Positions 56,891 through 64,000 of a DNA stretch of 64,000 nucleotides are shown here, in pieces (positions within the stretch are counted from its first letter, which is position 1; every line of letters begins with the position of its first letter). Source of the DNA: Chrysomallon squamiferum (Eukaryota; Animalia; Mollusca). The stretch is from the NCBI GenBank assembly GCA_012295275.1, contig CM022666.1, forward strand, positions 620,001 through 684,000, given 5' to 3'. The translations under genes and the position numbers were made by a program. The notes below the pieces were generated by a model that saw only the letters and a program-made list of their open reading frames with translations, did no database searches and was not told where the DNA came from.

Positions 56891-58398
56891 CAAACAATAA
56901 GATGACGTAAAATAAAAACTAAAAGGAAAAAGGAGAAGAAAAATAAATAAATGAACGGGATGGACTTTGATTTCTAAAATAGACTGGTTACTCATCTCGT
57001 TAGAGTTGGGGTATTCGAGATCGTTTCTCAAAACTGATTCTGTTATCTACATTTAAGTGAAACAATTATAATCAGAATTAAAACTGTTAGTTTTCGTTGC
57101 GTTACTGTTAAGCAATAAACTAAGACTAAGCTACTCGTGTAACCAAAATAAACGGGGAAAAGAAAACAAGATCACCGCTTCCACGTTTTGATCCAGTAAC
57201 CTCAGCGGAGAAGTCTGATCAAAAAGATCAAGATACGAAAAAATTATTTTTACCTTTATTTCCACTCATTATGTAAAAATATCAGTCGAACTAGTACCTT
57301 GTAAACGAAAACATAGTAACTGATATTTTGAATATTTTTATTTAAAAACTTTAAATTTTGAAAAAAACTGATCTGGAAGTGTCCCAAAAAAACAGTTTGT
57401 TACGTATACAGGTAGTTAAATACACAGAGTGTAATCCTCAAACACACTAACACTATTGTTATACTGAAGAGATAAACCAGGATGTTCAACGTATGACCTG
57501 TTTTTATATGCATGCACGTATTTTAAATAATTGACTGATAGCGTGCCATATAAGTAAACGATCATAATCAAAATGAGAAATATTACACAGGTTAGCGAAA
57601 ACTTGTCCATCGCATCGTTTTGTAATTTTATGTATTTATTTATTTATTTATTTATATATTTATTTATTTATTTTTATCTTTATTATTTTTTTATTTATCA
57701 ATTTATTTATTTTTATTTATTTATTTTTATCTTTATTATTTTTTTATTTATCTATTTATTTATCTATATATGTAATCCTTTTATTTATTTATGCACCTTA
57801 ATTTAAAATGTAATTTTCAAAAGCCAACGATTTTTTTTTTTTTTTCGAAAAAAAAAAAATGGAACGGTTTTCTCCGTTAAAGAAAATGATGATGATAATG
57901 CTTATAATCATCATCATCGTTATCATTATTATTATATGATGAAGATCACTGTTATGTTATTACTTTTTATTATTCGTTCATTCATTCATTCATTCACTCA
58001 CTTACTCATTTATTTATTTAATGCAAGTTATTTGAAAACGCTCTGCTCTCATTCGACTAAAGTTTTTTCAGATATATTAACTGAATACACTGCTTAATAG
58101 ACATATAAAATTTATACCCATAAAATGAAATAATATAAAATAAGACACCTAAAAATGAATTGTTACTTCCCTCTTCGTAAAATGCATTCAATACGAAAAG
58201 AAACTAATGCAATTTTGTGGTGACTCAGTCTTTATAAACGTTTGTATCTATTTATCAGTTACGTAGCCGTTTTTCAAACTAGTTTATAAACGGTTTCACT
58301 TTTATAATAATAATAATAAATTAATTTTATTATTATTATTATCATCATCATCATCATCATTATTATTATTATTATTATTATTATCATCATCATCATCA

Positions 58399-58475
<77 letters not shown>

Positions 58476-58779
58476 GTTGTTGTTGTACAAATTGTTGATC
58501 TCTTTCATTTCTTTTTCTATTCTTTTAAATTTTTTTAACTCAATGGTGGCTTCTAATCTGGGAAGTTTTAAATCTTTAAACTAATTTAACTTAACGGCTG
58601 ATAAGTGAAGAAATTTCCACTGAAATGTAATTCTATCGAAGAACGAGTTGAATAATACCTAATAATTAATGGACAGCACCTTGAATATCGCTTGTAAATG
58701 CATTGAAAGCGTTATCTGCCTTTGTAAACCTTTTCTAAATATTAATATTTTTCGGAATCAAACGCTTCGTATGATAATA

Positions 58780-59038
58780 AGAGCAAGCCTGTTTATCCCA
58801 GATGGTCATTCAAATAAAATGGACGGAATATCCACCAACTAATCAACAATGGCACCCGGAAGTGAATGTTTCGTTATTCCACGTGTGAGTTTGTTGATAT
58901 ACAAGCAGTTACTAATAAAAATAAAAAGCAGTTCTTTGTTTGTCTGGCATTAATTGCGACGTAGCATTTGAAAATGACCATTTATTGATTCCTCCCGTTT
59001 TCATGTTGTAATCATAATCAATGTCACTGGAATAATTC
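58780..59038 (+). promoter_or_regulatory. Putative RHBDD1 promoter and first non-coding exon
   Basis: ETS site CCGGAAGTG (~58857-58865), YY1-like CAATGGC, E-box CACGTG (58880-58885); candidate donors gtgagt (58885) and gtaagt (59039). Confidence 0.5.
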
Positions 59039-59218
59039 GTAAGTGTTACAGTTATTTTTCAAATTTGAAATTACTTTCAAAACGTTTGACTCGGTTGAGT
59101 AACACTAACAGTAACAGTAAGTGAATAACTGATTTATGAAATAACAGTGAATTGTTATTATTATTTGTGTTTTGTTTATTTTATTTTTAATATTTATTTT
59201 TATATTTTTATAAATTTT

Positions 59219-59249
<31 letters not shown>

Positions 59250-59372
59250 TAAATATATTTGTATTATTATTATTAATTGTTTAATTCTTGTAAATAATAG
59301 TTTAATACATACTTTTTAGCAAACCACACTGTAATAAAATTAACGATAGTTTATTTTATTGTCTTTTGACAG

Positions 59373-59411
59373 GTTTGGCATAGCACTTGTAAATAAAAAC
59401 GAAAAGAAAAG
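59373..59411 (+). other. Candidate 39-nt 5'UTR exon of RHBDD1
   Basis: Acceptor ttattgtcttttgacag and consensus donor AAG|gtaagt, located between the putative promoter and the first coding exon. Confidence 0.55.
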
Positions 59412-59979
59412 GTAAGTAGTACTTAGTGAACGTTAAAGTAGCATTAACGTCATAAAGCATAATTGAAAACAGGTTTGTTAATATTATCTAGAACAAAAAA
59501 TAATACTTCTGAAAATTAAGTTCATTTCCTTTATTTAACTCATAACAGAAATTTTTTTAAATTAGGATCATAGAGTAATTTAACACATACAGTATTTTCT
59601 TCATTAGTAATTCGATTAATCACTTATGTATTAATAATATATCAGATGTATTACTTTTCATCATTAGATGATTTTGTGATAGTTTATTACTGTTAATTAA
59701 TATATTTGTTCAGTAGATAACCTGGTTTTAAGAAATACAAAATAAAAAGCTTGGAAGGATGAATCCAAAGTTCTCAAGAGTGATGACTGTAGAGATCTCT
59801 TGAGAGTTGTCTTTATAAATATGCTCACCCAAACGATTTAAAAATAATACAACACTGAATCTGTCTGTCTTCATAGGACCTAGATTCAGTAGTGTATAAA
59901 TTTATATATCTGTCAGCCTGTCACTCTCTCTCTATTTATTTTTTATTTTTATTTTAACAGTTTTGGTTATCACTAGACG

Positions 59980-60430
59980 ATGATAAATCGACCAAGACGT
60001 GGGGGCTTTGGCCTCATTCTTCTTGCGTCTCAGATTATGAACTTCGGCGTGGGCAACATCCCTCCTGTAACATTCATCCTCATCGTCCTGCAGACGTTGA
60101 TATACATGGACATGACGCTGATCAGTAACTACTTTCCGTCAGCTAACGCTGTCTGTATGAGTACGTACCTGGTCACGTACCGCAAGGAGTGGAAGAGGCT
60201 GTTCTTGGCGACGTTGTTCCATGCCGATGACATGCACCTCTACTTCAACATGTTGTCACTGTTGTGGAAAGGAAGCATGCTGGAGAAGCGATTCCTGAGT
60301 GTGTATTTTGCGTATCTTATTGTAGTTTTTACAACACTGACCAGTCTCACCTATGTTGGTCTCAACATGTTCCTGGATGAGTTGCTGCAAGATCACAGCT
60401 ACAGTACAATTTGTGCAGTAGGCTTCTCAG
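59980..60430 (+). CDS. RHBDD1: RHBDD1 coding exon 1 (N-terminus to catalytic Ser)
   Basis: Encodes MINRPRRGGFGLILL...IPPVT...WKRL...HADDMHLYFNMLSLLWKG...CAVGFS-G. Acceptor ttttaacag ends at 59960; donor CAG|gtatag at 60431. Confidence 0.95.
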
Positions 60431-60821
60431 GTATAGTTTTTTTTTTTACATTTGAAGTTAATCAAAAATTTTAAAATGTCTAACTTTCAAATACATTAAC
60501 TGAAAGAACAAAATCTTCAATAATAAAACAAAATTTTTGTTTTCATAAACTGTTTTTCACTTAATAATTTCTAATCTGTAAAGTTTTGAAAAGTTTCAAA
60601 CCTTTTTTTTCTTTCTTCAATTTCAAGAACAGAAAAAAAATTACTCTTCAATCCATTTGATGGAAAATCTAAATTTTAGAAAATTAAAAAATATCTTTCC
60701 AATTATTCCTTCCATAATCCATTTCATAAAAATATGCATGCCTTGCATCATGCATGTAATATAAAATACATTTTGAATGTTTAAAATCACTGAACCATCA
60801 CTGATTTGTTTGTTTCTGCAG

Positions 60822-60971
60822 GTGTTCTGTTTGCTCTGAAAGTGCTCACCACACACTACACGCCTAGCGGCCTGCACTACGTGTTTGGTTTCATACCTGT
60901 ACCGTCACGCATGATCTACTGGGTCGAACTCATACTCATTTATTTCCTCACACCAAACGCTTCATTCACAG
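60822..60971 (+). CDS. RHBDD1: RHBDD1 coding exon 2
   Basis: Acceptor tttctgcag|GT; encodes (G)VLFALKVLTTHY...WVELILIYFLTPNASFT; donor CAG|gtacac; 150 nt. Confidence 0.93.
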
Positions 60972-61677
60972 GTACACTCACTTTCTGTTTCATAATTACA
61001 TTTATTTCAGTCTTCTTTGAACTTATCCATGTTTGAGATATGACAGTCAAGGTGTAGCTCATCCAGCAAGCTGGGGACTGGAGATAAATGAAAAAATCTT
61101 GGTTTTTCAATTTCTCTGGATCAATGTTAATAAATTTTTAAATATAAAATAAAAAATAAAGAACGATACTGTATTTAAACATATAGAAATTAACACACTT
61201 CTACAGCTGATTTTCTGGTAATTCAAGTTTTCTGCAGAGATATTTTCGAAATAAGTTAATTTTTATACCAAAAAATAATTAATTTAGTGTTTTAATTTTA
61301 AAACTTGTGTAAACTGATCAGTAAAAAGTTTGGTTTGGAGGGTACATGTGTTTACTGAGGATTTTACTGATTTCATTTTAGTGGCATCTCTGGTATTTTT
61401 GAGAAATTGGTTTTGAAAATATGAAAATGAATTTCTCTTTAAAAAAAATTACATTGTATGTATATTATATGCTAACAGCCTTTGTATATATCATTATCCT
61501 GAATTATACTCTGTATGAGAACAATAATCTTTTTCATTTTAAAATTTTTTATTTTTTATTTTTTATTTTATTTTATTTTTTTTTGTATTTCTTATTTTTA
61601 TTTTATTTTATTTTATTATTATTATTATTTTTTTTTTTTTTTTTTCTTAATTATTATTTTTTTTTTTTTTTTTTTAG

Positions 61678-61758
61678 GTCATCTGGCAGGTATTCTGGTT
61701 GGCTTGGCATATATCAAAGGGCCACTGAAGTTTATAATGAATATGTTTATGAGACCAG
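61678..61758 (+). CDS. RHBDD1: RHBDD1 coding exon 3 (catalytic His)
   Basis: Poly-T tract then tag|GT; encodes (G)HLAGILVGLAYIKGPLKFIMNMFMRP; donor CAG|gtgagc; 81 nt. Confidence 0.93.
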
Positions 61759-62009
61759 GTGAGCAAGAACTATTAATAAAATTAGCATAAAATTTGAAAA
61801 TCAGGAAACAGAAACCTCTAAGCCAACACTAAAAACTTACCATTAAATTTCTAACCAATTATTTGATGTAACATTTGAGTGTGTGTAGCAAGAACTATTT
61901 AATCATTACAGAGGTAAAAAGAACATATACATTTTTTAAATTATTATAAAGATAACGAAACCCGTTTCCTATATACTTTACACATACATAATTTTTCTGA
62001 TTACTGCAG

Positions 62010-62207
62010 GTATCAAAATGTATTATTCGGGATCAGGAACTTCGGGCAGATACAACTTCAGACCGAGACACGGACAAACCAGATACAACACAGGACATCG
62101 CGGTCCTCGTCAATCCAGCTTCGGAGACCTCAGTGAAGACGAACAGACAGAAATCGCCATTCAGAACAGTCTCAGTGACAGTGGGCCCAGCCATCAGTCA
62201 CAGCCTG
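62010..62207 (+). CDS. RHBDD1: RHBDD1 coding exon 4 (ubiquitin-interacting motif)
   Basis: Acceptor ctgcag|GT; encodes (G)IKMYYSGSGTSG...LSEDEQTEIAIQNSLSD, which matches the UIM pattern of RHBDL4; donor CTG|gtgagt; 198 nt. Confidence 0.88.
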
Positions 62208-62219
62208 GTGAGTAAGTGG

Positions 62220-62430
62220 CTGTCACTAGTCACTCTAGAATGAGCATTCACCACTCACAGTTGTGTGAGTAGTCACTAAAAACATTGGTGTGAGTAGTCG
62301 CTAAAAACATTTGGGTGAGTAGTTACCCAGGCAGGTTAATAGTCACCAGTCATTCAGGTTAGTAGTCACCAGTCACACTTAGGGTGACAGTCACCAAACA
62401 GGTAATTAAATGGCAATCACTAGTGACACA
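62220..62430 (+). repeat. Degenerate ~25-bp tandem repeat in RHBDD1 intron 4
   Basis: gtgtgagtagtcactaaaaacattg / gtgtgagtagtcgctaaaaacattt / gggtgagtagttacc, plus further agtcacca units. Confidence 0.65.
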
Positions 62431-62783
62431 TAGCTAAGCAGTAATTTTTTATTTTTCTGTTTATAAATCTGTCCGTTTTTGATGTACAAAAATTAAATCA
62501 CAATAAAAAACAAAAAGGACACGTGTCCCTTCGTGCATCTTCAGCAACTTGTTAATTTACTGATATACTTTGTTATTAGGAAAGATTGGGTGCCAGTTTA
62601 AAGTAATAAGTGAGAAGCATACGAAATGTTCATGTCGCCTGATGTGTCATTTTACTATTTAAAAAAAAAAAAAAAAAATGTGATGATGATGATGATAATA
62701 ATAATAATAATAATAATAATAAGATATGATTTTTTTGTATTTTATTTGTTTTGAGAGATATTTAGCTGTGTTTTTTCTTGCAG

Positions 62784-62839
62784 GTATCTATCCAGATCTG
62801 GATGAATTACGTCAAAGAAGATTGCAGAGATACAACTGA
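62784..62839 (+). CDS. RHBDD1: RHBDD1 terminal coding exon (p97/VCP-binding motif)
   Basis: Acceptor ttttttcttgcag|GT; encodes (G)IYPDLDELRQRRLQRYN*, which fits the VBM pattern at the RHBDL4 C-terminus. This reading frame is not in the ORF track. Confidence 0.9.
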
Positions 62840-62930
62840 TCTCAGAACTTTCTTTAAATTTATCTTTCTGCTTTTTTATATTTTTTTAATTCTGTTTATT
62901 TCTTCATTTATTACATTTCTCAGATACGGT

Positions 62931-62936
62931 AATAAA
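62931..62936 (+). terminator. First candidate poly(A) signal of RHBDD1
   Basis: AATAAA ~90 nt after the stop, followed by GT-rich sequence. Further AATAAA hexamers occur near 63424, 63559 and 63610, so the site used is uncertain. Confidence 0.3.
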
Positions 62937-64000
62937 GAAATATATCTGTGTGTGTGTATGGGCATGCTTGTGTGCTGCATGTGATTGTGCATGAAAATGA
63001 AAGCATGTGAGAGTGTACATGTGTCATAAATTGTTATATGCATTGTAGACATGCATTTTATTACATACATACACACATATATATATATATATTTTTTTTT
63101 CTTTGTTAGATGTCTTCATCTGTACAAATATTTAAAAAACATCTGTATGGACAGTACATTAAGATTATAAATTCATAAACATTATCTCTCTCTCTCTCTT
63201 TGTCATAAACACACACACATATATATATGGGTGTAGGTATAATTCTCACCGAAGTTCCTTTCCAAATACTTCAGCTATTGAGATACAATAAACCCTCAAA
63301 AAGAGTCAAAAAAGTAATACCTTTTTATAATTTATACATTTTTCTTTCTTTTTATACATACATATAACAACCTCTCAGTTTTTCTAAATATAAAGAATGG
63401 AATGATTCCCTTTTCAGTTAAAAAATAAAATAAAAAGCTATGGTATTTGTAATTTATTTATTTTTTGTTTTGTTTTTTTGTTTTTTGTTGTTGTTGTTTT
63501 TGTGAAATGATAATTCCTAACAAACATGGTGCTGCATTAACATATAAATGTCTGTTAAAATAAAATATATAGATGTATGAATATAATTTTATATTGATAT
63601 AATAATGAAAATAAACTGAAATAAATTGTTTAAATTGTAGACAGTTTATTTTTTCAGTTTGCTTTCATTATTATATCAATTTAAAAATAAATATTTAATA
63701 GGTAATTTCAGTTTTCCAGTTGTTGTTTTTCCAGATGTTTTATTTTTGTTTTTACTTTTTTTCTCTATAATTGAAGGGGCTTTTTCATTATAATTATTAT
63801 TATTATTATTATTATTTATTTTTTATTATGGTTTCTTTTTCTTTCAAACTGAAGGTTTTATTATTATTATTATTATTATACTTGGGAAAACCAGTTCCAG
63901 TAGATGGGTTAATATCTATTAACCAAAAATACGTAAACACCTTTCAGCTGAAATATACTATTTTTTTAACTGAGTTAGATCTCAATACCTCAAATTTTGT

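Larger units (their letters stand above)
59980..62839 (+). other. RHBDD1: Gene model: rhomboid-related intramembrane protease RHBDD1/RHBDL4, join(59980..60430,60822..60971,61678..61758,62010..62207,62784..62839), 311 aa
   Basis: All four introns are GT-AG and phase 1. The exons sum to 936 nt (311 codons plus TGA). Motifs in order: WKRL, HADDMHLYFNM, GFSG, GHLAG, UIM, VBM. Confidence 0.92.

Noticed and set aside
62778-62984. ORF-track 68-aa ORF as the last RHBDD1 exon
   Set aside because: Wrong frame. Phase-1 splicing at 62784 gives the VBM-containing frame ending at TGA 62837-62839.

Overview
AT-rich, microsatellite-saturated animal genomic DNA, not prokaryotic. A lophotrochozoan, possibly a mollusc, is my inference from the protein sequence and repeat landscape. 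Only two protein-coding genes are supported. One is an intronless SoxB2 (Sox14/Sox21-class) HMG-box gene on the - strand (17104-17910, 268 aa). The other is an RHBDD1/RHBDL4 rhomboid protease on the + strand with five coding exons (59980-62839, 311 aa, with catalytic Ser/His, UIM and p97-binding VBM). The two genes point away from each other across a ~41 kb gene-free interval. In that interval, and 3' of SoxB2, islands of complex CpG-containing non-coding sequence rich in Sox, homeodomain, E-box and ETS motifs alternate with simple repeats, consistent with a SoxB2 regulatory landscape. Other features are a 56-bp minisatellite carrying a palindromic GATA pair, two copies of a tRNA-derived SINE with a (CATA)n tail, an orphan CCAAT/TATA promoter-like element, and overlapping splice donors that could remove the RHBDD1 VBM. 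Nearly all other ORFs in the track are microsatellite translations. No CRISPR array or prokaryotic system is present. All regulatory calls are motif-based and unvalidated.
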